Of a DNA stretch of 64,000 nucleotides, positions 23,307 through 34,125 are shown piece by piece (position 1 is the stretch's first letter; each line of letters opens with the position of its first letter). The translations under genes and the position numbers were made by a program. The DNA is from Actinomycetes bacterium (GTDB lineage: Bacteria; Actinomycetota; Actinomycetes; Nanopelagicales; Nanopelagicaceae): the NCBI GenBank assembly GCA_037135095.1, contig JBAXKZ010000005.1:6326-70325 (forward strand). Reading direction: 5' to 3'. Below the pieces are notes generated by a model. That model did not search any database. It worked only from the letters and a program-made list of their open reading frames with translations, and was not told the DNA's origin.

Positions 23307-24149
23307 CTATTTTCTAACTGCGGTGGTAAATCTAGGACGTTCCGCCAAATCGTAATGGATTTTGACTTCAACAAAATCGGTCGATAGTTCGCTTCGGACC
23401 GATTCGACCTGGTCCTCGTGGTGCTCCATGGCAAAGAAGCCGCCGCTTTTGAGTAATCTGCTTGCGGCGCTAATGAATTGAATGGGGAGAGCCATTCCGT
23501 CGCTGCCGCCACGAAGGGCGATGGCCGGCTCGAAATTTGCGACCTCATAAGGCAACGATTCTAAATCTGGGATGTATGGCGGGTTGGCGACAACGACATC
23601 GCACTTAACCCCAATCAGAGCATCCACAACATCGGCTTGAATCGTGCGAATCGGAAGATCATATTTTGCGATATTTTTCTGGAGCCAAACCAGCGCTTCG
23701 GAAGATTTTTCGACCGCTATTACGTGAACTGCTTTTTTCCCAGCGACTTCCGATGCAATCGAAATTGCAATTGCTCCGCTTCCAGAACCTAGATCAACGA
23801 TCGATACCGGATCGGCGAAGTGCTGAAGATGATGTAAAACTTCATCAACCAAGACTTCGGTCTCCGGGCGCGGGATCAACACACCTGGTCCAACGTCTAG
23901 CGTCAAATAGCGAAAAGACGCTTCGCCAGTTAAGTACTGAACCGGCTCGCCCGTTAAACGTTGAACAATTAATTCACGGAAGGCTTCTTCTATTCGCTGC
24001 GCCTCAGACTCATCAAGCGTGACTACCTTGGAGTGAAGTTCCATTCGGGAGATATTGAGAAGATGCGCAAGAAGAAGTTCCGCATCGACTCCTGAAATAT
24101 TTGCCGCAGCTAATTCCGATTTTCCCCAGCGAAGGAGTTCACGAACCAT
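23307..24149 (-). CDS. prmC: release-factor glutamine N5-methyltransferase
   Basis: SAM motif VDLGSGSGAIA and catalytic VANPPY. Directly follows prfA. Confidence 0.92.
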   Translation of the reverse strand: MVRELLRWGKSELAAANISGVDAELLLAHLLNISRMELHSKVVTLDESEAQRIEEAFRELIVQRLTGEPVQYLTGEASFRYLTLDVGPGVLIPRPETEVLVDEVLHHLQHFADPVSIVDLGSGSGAIAISIASEVAGKKAVHVIAVEKSSEALVWLQKNIAKYDLPIRTIQADVVDALIGVKCDVVVANPPYIPDLESLPYEVANFEPAIALRGGSDGMALPIQFISAASRLLKSGGFFAMEHHEDQVESVRSELSTDFVEVKIHYDLAERPRFTTAVRK

Positions 24150-24162
24150 GCTTTACCCGCTA

Positions 24163-25248
24163 TTAATGCTCGGTTGAGGAGAGCTTGGCGGCCTTATCGG
24201 CTTCGAGCAGCGCCTCAATAACTGGGTCGAGATCGCCATTTAGAACGGCATCCAAGTTATTTGATTTGAAATTAACGCGGTGATCGCTCAAGCGATTTTC
24301 GGGAAAGTTATAGGTACGAATCCGCTCGCTGCGATCAACAGTTCGAACCTGGCTCTTACGCTCAATTGAGGCAATCCGATCTTGCTCCTCTTGAGCGGCA
24401 ACCAACATTCGAGCGCGCAAAATTCGAAGCGCTGATTCCTTATTTTGAAGTTGGCTCTTTTCGTTCTGACAAGACACGACAATTCCGGTTGGAACGTGGG
24501 TAATTCGAACTGCTGAGTCGGTGGTGTTAACGCTCTGACCACCGGGGCCACTAGAGCGGAAGACATCGATTCGAAGATCATTCATGTTGATATCAACTTC
24601 AACTTCTTCAGCTTCCGGAAGTACTAAAACTCCAGCGGCAGAGGTGTGAATCCGACCTTGGGATTCTGTCTCTGGAACTCGCTGAACTCGGTGCACTCCG
24701 CCTTCAAATTTCAATTTCGCATATGGCGTTTTTCCCGGTTCGGCGGTGCCCTTAGATTTAACCGCCATGGAAATATCTTTATAGCCGCCTAAATCGCTCT
24801 CGGTCATGTCGATGATTTCGGTCTTCCAACCTTGCTTTTCGGCAAAACGCATATACATGCGAAGTAGATCGCCAGCAAAGAGTGCGGATTCGTCGCCGCC
24901 TGCCCCGGCTTTGATTTCAAGAATTACATCGCGGTCATCATTGGGATCGCGCGGCAGCAGTAGCTCTTCTAATTCATGTGCCGCTTGATCGCGCGTTGCT
25001 TCCAGCGCTGGAATCTCTTCGGCAAAATCTGGATCAGTCGCAGCCAACTCTTTACCTGCCGCTAAATCATCTTCGGCAGCGGTCCATTTCCGATAACCGC
25101 CGATAACGGGACCAAGGTGGGCGTAGCGCTTTCCCAGCTTTCGAGCCTTGCCTGGATCACTATGAATTGCAGGGTCGGCGAGTTCTTTCTCAAGCTCAAT
25201 GTATTCCGCTACTAAATCGTTAACGGATGCAAAGCGATCGTTACTCAT
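24163..25248 (-). CDS. prfA: peptide chain release factor 1
   Basis: GGQ motif ([12 protein letters not shown]) and the PET-type tripeptide ([14 protein letters not shown]). Confidence 0.97.
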   Translation of the reverse strand: MSNDRFASVNDLVAEYIELEKELADPAIHSDPGKARKLGKRYAHLGPVIGGYRKWTAAEDDLAAGKELAATDPDFAEEIPALEATRDQAAHELEELLLPRDPNDDRDVILEIKAGAGGDESALFAGDLLRMYMRFAEKQGWKTEIIDMTESDLGGYKDISMAVKSKGTAEPGKTPYAKLKFEGGVHRVQRVPETESQGRIHTSAAGVLVLPEAEEVEVDINMNDLRIDVFRSSGPGGQSVNTTDSAVRITHVPTGIVVSCQNEKSQLQNKESALRILRARMLVAAQEEQDRIASIERKSQVRTVDRSERIRTYNFPENRLSDHRVNFKSNNLDAVLNGDLDPVIEALLEADKAAKLSSTEH

Positions 25249-25271
25249 TGCCGACTCCTTTCACTTCGAGA

Positions 25272-25322
25272 ATAAAAAAGAGACCGCGTCGCCCCAGAGT
25301 TAGTGGGGCGAACAACGGTCTC
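25272..25322 (-). terminator. intrinsic terminator after rpmE
   Basis: Nested stem GAGACCG/CGGTCTC plus CGCCCCA/TGGGGCG, followed on the minus strand by a T6 run (plus-strand A6 at 25274-25279). Confidence 0.65.
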
Positions 25323-25332
25323 GGTAAAATCG

Positions 25333-25551
25333 CTACTTTGCGGCGTTGACCTTGCCAAAGCGCTCTTCGAACTTGGCGACGCGGCCACCAGTATCGAGAA
25401 TACGTTGCTTACCGGTGTAGAACGGATGGCAAACGGAGCAAACTTCTACGTAGATCGAACCCGATGCCTTTGTTGAGCGAGTTACGAAAACTTCGCCACA
25501 ACCACAGGTAACAGTGGTTTCATAATAATTTGGGTGAATATCGGCCTTCAT
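25333..25551 (-). CDS. rpmE: 50S ribosomal protein L31 (Zn-ribbon type)
   Basis: [19 protein letters not shown] ... [12 protein letters not shown]. Start set at the internal ATG 25551. Confidence 0.93.
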   Translation of the reverse strand: MKADIHPNYYETTVTCGCGEVFVTRSTKASGSIYVEVCSVCHPFYTGKQRILDTGGRVAKFEERFGKVNAAK

Positions 25552-25657
25552 GGTTTTCTCCTTAGTGGGGCTGGATCGGTTAGGTCCGGGAACCAGCGCG
25601 AGGGGTAAGTCTAGCCCCCGCCTGGGCAGGGGCGCCAAATGGTGAAATCAGCGGAAA

Positions 25658-27352
25658 TTAGCCGTTCTTTGAGCCTGAACTGTCGGCAATTACCGTCTTT
25701 TGGATCTGCATTAGGAATTCGACGTTGGACTTGGTGCCCTTCATCTTCTCCAAAAGCAATTCGAGCGCTTGCTGTGGCTCGAGGGCATGAAGCACTCGGC
25801 GAAGACGCCAAACGATATTTAGCTCTTCGGTGCCCATCAGAATCTCTTCCTTACGGGTACCAGATGCATCAACATCGACCGCTGGGAAAATTCGCTTGTC
25901 TGCAAGTTTGCGATCAAGTTTAAGTTCCATATTTCCCGTGCCCTTGAACTCTTCGAAGATAACTTCATCCATCTTGGAGCCAGTCTCAACCAAAGCGGTT
26001 GCCAGAATGGTTAACGAACCACCATTCTCGATATTTCGAGCGGCGCCGAAGAACTTCTTTGGCGGATAGAGCGCGGCGGAATCAACACCACCAGAAAGGA
26101 TTCGACCCGAGGCCGGGGCGGCGATGTTGTAAGCGCGACCCAATCGAGTGATGGAATCCAGCAGGACTACAACGTCGTGACCTAATTCAACCAAACGCTT
26201 TGCGCGCTCGATTGCTAGTTCAGCAACAGCGGTGTGATCATCAGCAGGACGATCGAAGGTAGAGGCAATAACCTCGCCCTTCACTGAACGCTGCATATCG
26301 GTAACTTCTTCTGGACGTTCATCAACTAGAACAACCATCAAGTGACATTCTGGATTGTTAGTAGTAATCGCATTAGCAATTGCCTGAAGGACCATGGTCT
26401 TTCCAGCCTTTGGTGGCGAAACAATTAGCCCGCGTTGCCCCTTTCCGATTGGTGCAATCAGATCGATAACGCGAGTAGTCAAAATACTTGGCTCGGTCTC
26501 AAGGCGCAGCCGATCTTGCGGATAGAGCGGAACTAGCTTTGAAAATTCGATGCGGTCGCGAGCGCTCTCTGGCTCCATACCATTTACGGTTTCGACTCGA
26601 ACTAAGGCATTGAACTTCTCTTTGCGCTCACCTTCGCTCGGTTGACGAACTGAACCAGTAATTACATCGCCTTTACGAAGACCATAACGGCGCACTTGTT
26701 GTAGGGATACATAGACATCGTTGTTGGATGCTAGGTAACCGGCAGTTCGAATAAAGGCATAGTTCTCTAAAATATCCAGCAGGCCGCCAACTGGGACCAA
26801 GACATCATCTTCAGAGATCGTTATCTCGCGCTCATCGCGATTGCCGCGGTCGCGATGGCGATTGCGATCGTTGCGATCATCTCGGCCGCCACGATCATTG
26901 CGATCGTTACGGTCGTTGCGATCTCGTGGACCCCGGTCATTGCGGTCATTGCGGTCATTGCGGTCATTGCGATCACGCGGAGCGCGATCGTTACGGTCGT
27001 TACGATCACGAGCTGGGGCGTTGTCGCGACGATTATCTACTTCGTTGGAATCGGAATCTTGGGCGCCATCATCAGCGGCTTCATCACGGTTATCAGAGTT
27101 GCGAGGTTCTTCCCCGCCTTTGGCAGCTTTACGACGCTCTTGGCGCTCAGCGCGACGAGCTTCCCGCTCGTTTTTTGCCGCTTCCCGGTTGGCCGCTTGT
27201 AAATCGCCAATTGCTTGAACGAGGGCAGCTTTTGTGAGTTTGGCCGAACCTTCAATCCCCAATTGTCCCGCGACCTTTTTTAACTCAGGTAGCAGCATTG
27301 CGGAGAGGTCGCCGGTCTCTTTTCCAGGGCGAGTGGTTGTTTTATCAGTCAT
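25658..27352 (-). CDS. rho: transcription termination factor Rho with an Arg/Asp/Asn-rich insertion
   Basis: Rho_N ([16 protein letters not shown]), CSD-like RNA-binding domain, Walker A PPKAGKT and a RecA-like core. About 150 aa of R/D/N-rich low complexity follows the N-terminal helix bundle. Confidence 0.97.
   Translation of the reverse strand: MTDKTTTRPGKETGDLSAMLLPELKKVAGQLGIEGSAKLTKAALVQAIGDLQAANREAAKNEREARRAERQERRKAAKGGEEPRNSDNRDEAADDGAQDSDSNEVDNRRDNAPARDRNDRNDRAPRDRNDRNDRNDRNDRGPRDRNDRNDRNDRGGRDDRNDRNRHRDRGNRDEREITISEDDVLVPVGGLLDILENYAFIRTAGYLASNNDVYVSLQQVRRYGLRKGDVITGSVRQPSEGERKEKFNALVRVETVNGMEPESARDRIEFSKLVPLYPQDRLRLETEPSILTTRVIDLIAPIGKGQRGLIVSPPKAGKTMVLQAIANAITTNNPECHLMVVLVDERPEEVTDMQRSVKGEVIASTFDRPADDHTAVAELAIERAKRLVELGHDVVVLLDSITRLGRAYNIAAPASGRILSGGVDSAALYPPKKFFGAARNIENGGSLTILATALVETGSKMDEVIFEEFKGTGNMELKLDRKLADKRIFPAVDVDASGTRKEEILMGTEELNIVWRLRRVLHALEPQQALELLLEKMKGTKSNVEFLMQIQKTVIADSSGSKNG
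26934..26969 (-). repeat. perfect 9-nt x4 coding microsatellite (CGGTCATTG, encodes NDR repeats) inside rho
   Basis: Four identical 9-nt units read directly from the sequence, embedded in a degenerate 9-nt periodic tract at about 26830-27010. Confidence 0.9.
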
Positions 27353-27558
27353 TTTCTTGTTTCAGTTTCATTTCTCTTATGGTTATTGGAGGGGTGTTAC
27401 TAGTTCGAGAGCCGCAGCGCAGCCCAATGGAACTAGAGATATAGGTAAAATCTGAAGAATTTTTTAGGATTTTTGTCGACTCACGAAATAGCGTGATCTT
27501 CAGACCTCAGAAAGGTAGCACACGAAATCCCCCGATAGCAATTCCCGCGCCAAGTAGG

Positions 27559-28491
27559 TTATTGGACCCCGGTAGGCGAGATATTGACGGTAAGGGCGGC
27601 GAAGGAGTCTGGGGCGCTCTTCATGATTTCCGCGGCTTCTAGCTCACTGCCTATGTGTAAAACCAGAACCGCGGGTCCTGCGCCGGAGACGGTTGCCGCT
27701 ACGCCAGCTGCACGCAATTTCCTGATTAATGCGAGGGATTTTGGCATTGCCTCGCCGCGATATTCCTGGTGGAGGAAATCTTGAGTTGCTGCGAAGAGCA
27801 GATCTGGGCGATCTGTTAGCGCATGTACCAAGAGCGCCGACCGTGCAACGTTGGCCGCTGCATCTCGGTGTGGGACCAATTCAGGTAATAACTTTCTCGC
27901 CTTTGTCGTGGCCAAATGAGTTTCTGGCAAGAAGAGAATCGCTTTAATGCGGGGGTCAACGGTAAGCGAAACACCGCGACCAAAATTCTTGCCGTGGCTC
28001 TCCTCCATCCACGCAATCGTGGCACCCCCATAAAAAGCGGCGGCAATGTTGTCGGGATGACCTTCGAGTTCTGTTCCGAGTGCAACTAAATCTTCATCGC
28101 TCATATATTGCTCGCCAGAAAGAACTAACGCTCGAGCTAGCGCTAAGCCACCAACAATCGCGCTAGCTGAAGAGCCTAAGCCGCGACCTTGCGGAATTGC
28201 ATTGAGAGCTCTAAGTGCAAGGCCGCGGGGTTTACTTCCCATAAATTCAAAACCGTGCATCATGGATTTAATTACTAAGTTCTTTGCATCGCGCTTAATC
28301 TCATCGGCACCTTCGCCAGTTATATCTACATCGAAGATTGCTTCATCCAGAATTTGAGCGGCATATCTATCTCGGATATCTAGCGCCAAACAAAGAGAAT
28401 CAAAGCCCGGACCAAGATTTGCACTGGAGGCCGGAACGCTAACCTGTGCCATCGTTGCCCGAAAGGTTAGGCGATTCATTGCTGCAGCCAT
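27559..28491 (-). CDS. thrB: homoserine kinase
   Basis: GHMP kinase motifs (VPASSANLGPGFD, GLGSSAS). An alternative start lies at 28452 (MAQVSVP). Confidence 0.92.
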   Translation of the reverse strand: MAAAMNRLTFRATMAQVSVPASSANLGPGFDSLCLALDIRDRYAAQILDEAIFDVDITGEGADEIKRDAKNLVIKSMMHGFEFMGSKPRGLALRALNAIPQGRGLGSSASAIVGGLALARALVLSGEQYMSDEDLVALGTELEGHPDNIAAAFYGGATIAWMEESHGKNFGRGVSLTVDPRIKAILFLPETHLATTKARKLLPELVPHRDAAANVARSALLVHALTDRPDLLFAATQDFLHQEYRGEAMPKSLALIRKLRAAGVAATVSGAGPAVLVLHIGSELEAAEIMKSAPDSFAALTVNISPTGVQ

Positions 28492-28493
28492 TG

Positions 28494-29570
28494 TTAAGCC
28501 AATCCCATTGCAGCAGCAGCCCGATCGATATCAACTGGAATCAGAATTGGCGCACCGGCACCATCGATAACCCACTGGACATCTTTCAAACCGTTTCCGG
28601 TAACTGTGATAACAATCTTCTTGCCAGATGGCAACTTTCCTTCGGCTTTCTTTTTAATAAGTCCTGCGATGCCGGCAGCGCTCGATGGTTCAACAAAGAC
28701 ACCTTCTTTGGCGGCTACCAATCGATAGGCGCTCAAGATGTCCTCATCGGTCACGGAATCGATTAGGCCACCAGAGCTATCTCGGGCCGAAATTGCTTGC
28801 GCCCATGAAGCTGGATTTCCAATTCGAATTGCAGTTGCAATCGTTTCGGGGTTGGTCACAACATGATTTAACACAATCGGTGCCGAGCCGGCCGCTTGAA
28901 AGCCCCACATTTGCGGCAGCTGGGTAGCGATGCCATCGGCGAAGTACTCTTGGTAGCCCTTCCAATAAGCAGTGATATTCCCGGCGTTGCCAACTGGCAG
29001 GACGTGCAAATCAGGGGCATCGCCTAATAAATCCACTATTTCAAAGGCAGCAGTTTTTTGGCCCTCGATGCGATATGGGTTTACTGAGTTAACCAAGGCA
29101 ACTGGATATTTAGTAGCCAAATCGCGCGCCAACGTTAAACAATCATCGAAGTTGCCATCAACCTGAATCAGTGTGGCGCCATGAGCTATAGCTTGCGCTA
29201 ACTTTCCCATTGCAATTTTTCCTTGGGGAACCAATACAACTGGAGTCATGCCCGCTTTGGTGGCGTAGGCCGCGGCGCTTGCGCTGGTATTTCCGGTAGA
29301 GGCGCAGATAACGGCTTTTGCGCCTTCTTCAGCCGCCTTTGAAATCGCCATTGTCATACCGCGATCTTTGAAGGAGCCAGTTGGATTTGCACCTTCAACC
29401 TTTAACCAAACTTCGTTATCTAACATATCTGAGAGCACGCATGCCATAACTAATGGCGTGCCACCTTCGCGAAGTGTCACTACTGGGGTGGCATCTGTAA
29501 CCGGCAACCGATCGCGATACTCATCGATGACTCCGAGCCATTGGCGAGAAAGCAGACGAGGTGAACTCAT
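28494..29570 (-). CDS. thrC: threonine synthase
   Basis: PLP-lysine motif [10 protein letters not shown] and GNAGN. 358 aa. ATGA overlap with hom. Confidence 0.95.
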   Translation of the reverse strand: MSSPRLLSRQWLGVIDEYRDRLPVTDATPVVTLREGGTPLVMACVLSDMLDNEVWLKVEGANPTGSFKDRGMTMAISKAAEEGAKAVICASTGNTSASAAAYATKAGMTPVVLVPQGKIAMGKLAQAIAHGATLIQVDGNFDDCLTLARDLATKYPVALVNSVNPYRIEGQKTAAFEIVDLLGDAPDLHVLPVGNAGNITAYWKGYQEYFADGIATQLPQMWGFQAAGSAPIVLNHVVTNPETIATAIRIGNPASWAQAISARDSSGGLIDSVTDEDILSAYRLVAAKEGVFVEPSSAAGIAGLIKKKAEGKLPSGKKIVITVTGNGLKDVQWVIDGAGAPILIPVDIDRAAAAMGLA

Positions 29571-30883
29571 ACCGGCACTCCTTCAACTCTGATAACGCTT
29601 AGAACATCTTTTACAACATGAAGTTTGGCCAATTGATCAACGGTTGAAGCCAGAGCCGCTTCCGTTGCAATATGTGTTAAGACAATCAATTCCGCATCGG
29701 CGCCACGACCATCTTGGCGAACCGTAAGAATTGAAACATCATTCATTGCGAAGGTAGCAGCAACCGAAGCGAGTACGCCTGGAACATCCATAACCTCTAG
29801 GCGAATCAGATAACGAGTTTTAGTGACACCCATTGGTGCAATATCCAGATCGGCATAATCGGTCTCGGTAGGTCCTAAGCTGCCTTCGATTCGATTTCGC
29901 GCAACCGCAACTAAATCGCCCAAGATTGCCGAGGCGGTCGGAACGCCACCGGCGCCGCGACCGTAGAACATCAATTCACCAGCTGACTGACATTGGACGA
30001 ATACCGCATTAAAGGCTTCACGAACCGATGCCAATGGATGATTCTTTGGAATCATTGTTGGATGAACGCGCACCGTGATGGTCTCTTCATCGCTGCCATG
30101 AACTTCATTTGCTTCAGCAATCGCCAAAAGTTTGATGACAAAACCCATCTCTTTTGCGACTGCCACATCATCAGCAGTGACCTTTGAGATTCCTTCTCGA
30201 TAAACATCTTCGTCAGTTACTTGGGTATGGAAGGCCAAGCCCGCCAAGATCGCCGCTTTAGCCGCAGCATCGAAACTTTCAATATCTGCGGTTGGATCGG
30301 CCTCTGCGTAACCAAGCAGTTGTGCCTCGTTTAGCGCATCTTCAAAGGAGGTGCCAGTCTCGTGCATCTTGGTAAGGATGTAGTTGGTGGTGCCATTGAT
30401 AATTCCCATAACGCGCTCAACGCGATCGCCAACCAAAGATTCCGCGAGCGGACGAAGGATCGGAATAGCTCCTGCTACCGCTGCTTCATAGTAGAAATCG
30501 ACATCGGCCTCATCGGAGGCGTGAAAAAGTTCCGCACCATGCTTTGCTAGTAGCGCTTTATTGGCAGTGACTACTGCTTTGCCATTTTTCATCGCCGTTA
30601 AAATTAATTGGTGCGCTGGCTCTATTCCGCCCATAACTTCAATCACCAAGTCAATATTTGGATCATTAACTATCGATTCGGAATCAGTTGTAAAAAGTTC
30701 AGCAGCTATTCCGGGTCTAGGGATCGAAAGATCCCTGACTGAAATCTTCACAATTTCCAAGCCAGCACCGGACCGGGCAGCCAAGTCATCTTGGTTAGCA
30801 ACCATCAGGCGCGCAACTTCGGCACCAACAACGCCACAGCCGAGCATCCCTACTCGCAACAATTTTCGCTCGCGCTTCATCAC
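29567..30883 (-). CDS. hom: homoserine dehydrogenase (with C-terminal ACT domain)
   Basis: Rossmann motif [17 protein letters not shown], and an ACT-like tail. Confidence 0.95.
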   Translation of the reverse strand: MMKRERKLLRVGMLGCGVVGAEVARLMVANQDDLAARSGAGLEIVKISVRDLSIPRPGIAAELFTTDSESIVNDPNIDLVIEVMGGIEPAHQLILTAMKNGKAVVTANKALLAKHGAELFHASDEADVDFYYEAAVAGAIPILRPLAESLVGDRVERVMGIINGTTNYILTKMHETGTSFEDALNEAQLLGYAEADPTADIESFDAAAKAAILAGLAFHTQVTDEDVYREGISKVTADDVAVAKEMGFVIKLLAIAEANEVHGSDEETITVRVHPTMIPKNHPLASVREAFNAVFVQCQSAGELMFYGRGAGGVPTASAILGDLVAVARNRIEGSLGPTETDYADLDIAPMGVTKTRYLIRLEVMDVPGVLASVAATFAMNDVSILTVRQDGRGADAELIVLTHIATEAALASTVDQLAKLHVVKDVLSVIRVEGVPV

Positions 30884-30895
30884 AGGGCCATTCTT

Positions 30896-32263
30896 CTAGA
30901 TTGAACGCTCTGGCTCAACAACATCGAGCCTCAGCAAGTCGTCTTGGGTTTCGCGGCGAAGAATTAAGCGGGCTTTGCCATTTTTTACGGCAACAACGGC
31001 AGGCCTTGGCAGCGCGTTGTAATTGCTAGCCATGCTGCGGTGGTAGGCACCGGTGGCGGGGATAGCCAACAAATCACCGGGACCAATATCTTCGGGCAAT
31101 TCAATTTCGCGAATTACGATATCGCCAGTTTCGCAATGCTTACCCACGACTCGACTGGATGTTGTTGGACGTGAGGAAATTCGATTGGCGAGCAACGCGT
31201 AGTACTCGGCTCCGTAAAGCGCTGGGCGAATGTTGTCGCTCATGCCACCATCAACTGCGATGTAGCGACGAGTTAAGCCACCATCTAGTTCAACGCTTTT
31301 AGTGGTTCCAACTTCATAAAGAGTCGTTGTAGTTGGCCCAACGATGGCTCGCCCTGGCTCAATCGAGATATGGGGAACCTGCAAGTTGTGCTTCTCGCAT
31401 TCGGCTTTAACTACTTCAGCCAATTCGCTCATGACGCGCATAGGAACTTCGGATTCTTCCCCCGGAAGGTAAGCGATTCCGTAACCTCCACCCAGATCGA
31501 GTTCTGGAAGTTGGCGATCGAAATGATCTCGATATTTGGCAAGGAGATCGATTAAGCGCGAAGCCGCAATTGCAAAACCTTCGATACCAAAAATTTGCGA
31601 ACCGATATGCGAATGCAATCCAAGTAGTCGTAGAGATGTAGCTTCTTCAACCGCTTCAATTGCTTTCCAGGCAGAGCCACTGGCTATCGAAAATCCAAAC
31701 TTCACATCTTCATGGGCGGTAGAGATAAATTCATGAGTATGTGCCTCGATTCCCGCAGTGAGGCGCAGAAATACGTTCTGAGTTACGCCAGCCGATTTTG
31801 CCAGCCGCGCGACTCGCTCTATTTCTTGAAAAGAGTCAACCACGATAGAACGAACGCCAACTGAAATTGCCTGAGTAATTTCAGCTTCGGATTTATTATT
31901 TCCATGAACTTCTATTCGATCGACTGGAAATTTTGCAGCTAGCGCAATATTTAACTCGCCGGCAGAACAGACATCGATTCCAATTCCAATTTCAGCGATC
32001 CACTTTGCAACTTCAACGCTGATAAATGATTTCGCGGCGTAGAAAACCGATCCAGCTTGGCTTCCAAAACTGATCTCCAGTGCGCTCTTCCAGGCCAAGG
32101 CTCGCTCGCGAAAATCTAGCTCATCCAAAACAAATAACGGAGTACCGAATTCTTTTGCTAGAGCTGTTGCAGAGCAACCACCGATATTTAATTCCGCGCC
32201 GCTAAATGCAGAATGGGCGGAAAAGACTTCTGGCGCAAAATGCGGATCTGGATTGTTAGCCAT
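30896..32263 (-). CDS. lysA: diaminopimelate decarboxylase
   Basis: YAAKSF (PLP Lys), HSHIGSQ, DLGGGYG and CETGD motifs. Confidence 0.95.
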   Translation of the reverse strand: MANNPDPHFAPEVFSAHSAFSGAELNIGGCSATALAKEFGTPLFVLDELDFRERALAWKSALEISFGSQAGSVFYAAKSFISVEVAKWIAEIGIGIDVCSAGELNIALAAKFPVDRIEVHGNNKSEAEITQAISVGVRSIVVDSFQEIERVARLAKSAGVTQNVFLRLTAGIEAHTHEFISTAHEDVKFGFSIASGSAWKAIEAVEEATSLRLLGLHSHIGSQIFGIEGFAIAASRLIDLLAKYRDHFDRQLPELDLGGGYGIAYLPGEESEVPMRVMSELAEVVKAECEKHNLQVPHISIEPGRAIVGPTTTTLYEVGTTKSVELDGGLTRRYIAVDGGMSDNIRPALYGAEYYALLANRISSRPTTSSRVVGKHCETGDIVIREIELPEDIGPGDLLAIPATGAYHRSMASNYNALPRPAVVAVKNGKARLILRRETQDDLLRLDVVEPERSI

Positions 32264-32265
32264 GG

Positions 32266-33927
32266 CTACATCCGCTCCGGTGCGCTAACACCTAACAGCG
32301 ATAACGCATTAGCCACAACCTGAGCCGTGGCCTGACAAAGATTTGCTCGAGCCGAATGAATTGCTTCAGCTGGTTCATCGCCCATGGGTAGTACCCGACA
32401 GTCGTTATAGAAGCGGTGGTAAACCCCTGCAAGTTCCTCAACGTATCGAGCAACGCGATGGGGTTCGCGAAGTTCCGCAGCGCCAGTTACGACTCGGGGA
32501 AATTCACCAAGCAAGCCAATGAGCTCGCGCTCGCGCGGATCAATCAAGAGTTCGTAATCGGCAGCAAAATCGGCGCCAAATTTGATACCTAACTCGGTGG
32601 CATTACGAAGGACGGCACATATCCGAGCATGCGCGTACTGCACGTAATAAACTGGATTTTCATTGGTGCGACTGCGAAGGACATCAACATCCATCACCAT
32701 CGGAGTTTCAACGGGATAGCGAACCAAGGTGTAGCGGGCAGCATCAACGCCAACCTTTTCGACCAATTCTTCAAGGGTGATAATGGTTCCAGCGCGCTTA
32801 GAAAGTTTAAGTTCTTCGCCACCTTCCATGATCTTTACCATCTGTCCGATCAGAACATGAATGTTGTACTCCGGATCATCGCCGGCGCATGCCGCGATCG
32901 CCTTTAGTCGATTGACGTAGCCATGATGGTCGGCGCCCAACATATAGATGCAGATCTCAAATCCTCGTTCGCGCTTGCTGATGTAGTAAGCCGAGTCCGA
33001 GGCGAAATAAGCGAAGGTCCCGTCGGATTTGATCATCACGCGGTCTTTATCATCGCCGAAGTCGGTGGTACGAAGCCAAGTCGCGCCATCTAATTCGAAG
33101 GTGTGGCCTTGATCGCGCAGGCGTTGCATGCTGTGGTTGAAGAAATCATTTTCATAGAGGCTGCGCTCGGAAAACCAAATGTCAAAGTGGGTCCCAAAAG
33201 CATCCAAGACATCCTGCTGTTGTTTCAACTGCAATGCATATCCGGCATCGCGAAAGGCGGCGATCGATTCGGCTTCCGGCAAGAGCTCAAACTTTGGATG
33301 ATCGGCAACTATGACCGCTGCCAGGTCGGCAATATATTCACCGTGGTAGCCATTCTCGGGCCGGGGCAAATTCATCGCCGCAGTGCGGATCGAAGCGCCG
33401 AAGAGTTCCATCTGATTGCCACGATCATTGACATAGAATTCTCGGGTAACTGAAGCGCCAGCAGCGCTCAATAGTCGGCCCAAAGAATCGCCGACAGCTG
33501 CCCAGCGGGTATGTCCTAAATGCAACGGCCCAGTTGGGTTAGCGCTGATAAATTCCAAGTTCACGCGAACCCCGCTCATGGCGGTGCCGGCTCCGAATTT
33601 CTCGCGATTGGTCAAAATGGTTTTCAATACTTCGCCTTGACTTGCAGTTGCCAACGTTAAGTTGATAAAACCTGGACCGGCTATCTCTACCGCGGAGAAC
33701 TGCGGGAGATCGATTAAGCCGGCTCGAATCAATTCGGCGATCTCGCGCGGCGCCTTTCCGGATGGCTTTGCCAAGGCAAGGGCAATAGAAGTGGCATAGT
33801 CACCGTGATCGCGGTTTTTGGGGCGATCGAGCGTGATGGCTTGCGGGATCTCACATTGGAGAAAATCGCGCGAGCGCTCCAGGATCGCGACGATCGCCGC
33901 GCTAATTTGATCCTGAATTGAACTCAT
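32266..33927 (-). CDS. argS: arginine--tRNA ligase
   Basis: Class I HIGH motif (SANPTGPLHLGH), a KMSK-like LKLSKR, and the C-terminal DALR anticodon-binding domain. Confidence 0.97.
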   Translation of the reverse strand: MSSIQDQISAAIVAILERSRDFLQCEIPQAITLDRPKNRDHGDYATSIALALAKPSGKAPREIAELIRAGLIDLPQFSAVEIAGPGFINLTLATASQGEVLKTILTNREKFGAGTAMSGVRVNLEFISANPTGPLHLGHTRWAAVGDSLGRLLSAAGASVTREFYVNDRGNQMELFGASIRTAAMNLPRPENGYHGEYIADLAAVIVADHPKFELLPEAESIAAFRDAGYALQLKQQQDVLDAFGTHFDIWFSERSLYENDFFNHSMQRLRDQGHTFELDGATWLRTTDFGDDKDRVMIKSDGTFAYFASDSAYYISKRERGFEICIYMLGADHHGYVNRLKAIAACAGDDPEYNIHVLIGQMVKIMEGGEELKLSKRAGTIITLEELVEKVGVDAARYTLVRYPVETPMVMDVDVLRSRTNENPVYYVQYAHARICAVLRNATELGIKFGADFAADYELLIDPRERELIGLLGEFPRVVTGAAELREPHRVARYVEELAGVYHRFYNDCRVLPMGDEPAEAIHSARANLCQATAQVVANALSLLGVSAPERM

Positions 33928-34016
33928 CTAGCCAAGGTTACCCGTTGGACACCTGCACATATTCCCTGTTTCCGTTATCGAATCGTTAACAAAAATGTCC
34001 GATATGTGGCATTGCT

Positions 34017-34116
34017 ACTCGTGACCAAATGGCTCATTCAGACTACCTTTCGAAGGCTGACTCGAACGTATGGCCAAAAGCAGGTTTGGTCACGAGTCTG
34101 ACACCTTCGAAAGGTA
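34017..34116 (+). promoter_or_regulatory. two interleaved perfect 13-bp inverted-repeat pairs upstream of xylF (candidate operator pair or 5'-leader structure)
   Basis: ACTCGTGACCAAA (34017-34029) pairs with TTTGGTCACGAGT (34085-34097). TACCTTTCGAAGG (34044-34056) pairs with CCTTCGAAAGGTA (34104-34116), and the latter covers the GAAAGG Shine-Dalgarno 11 nt before ATG 34126. Confidence 0.35.
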
Positions 34117-34125
34117 ATACCAAAT

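Noticed and set aside
26841-27218. Plus-strand ORFs (125, 115 and 103 aa) inside rho
   Set aside because: These are antisense frames of the 9-nt periodic R/D/N tract ([19 protein letters not shown]). Repeat artefacts of this kind stay open by chance.
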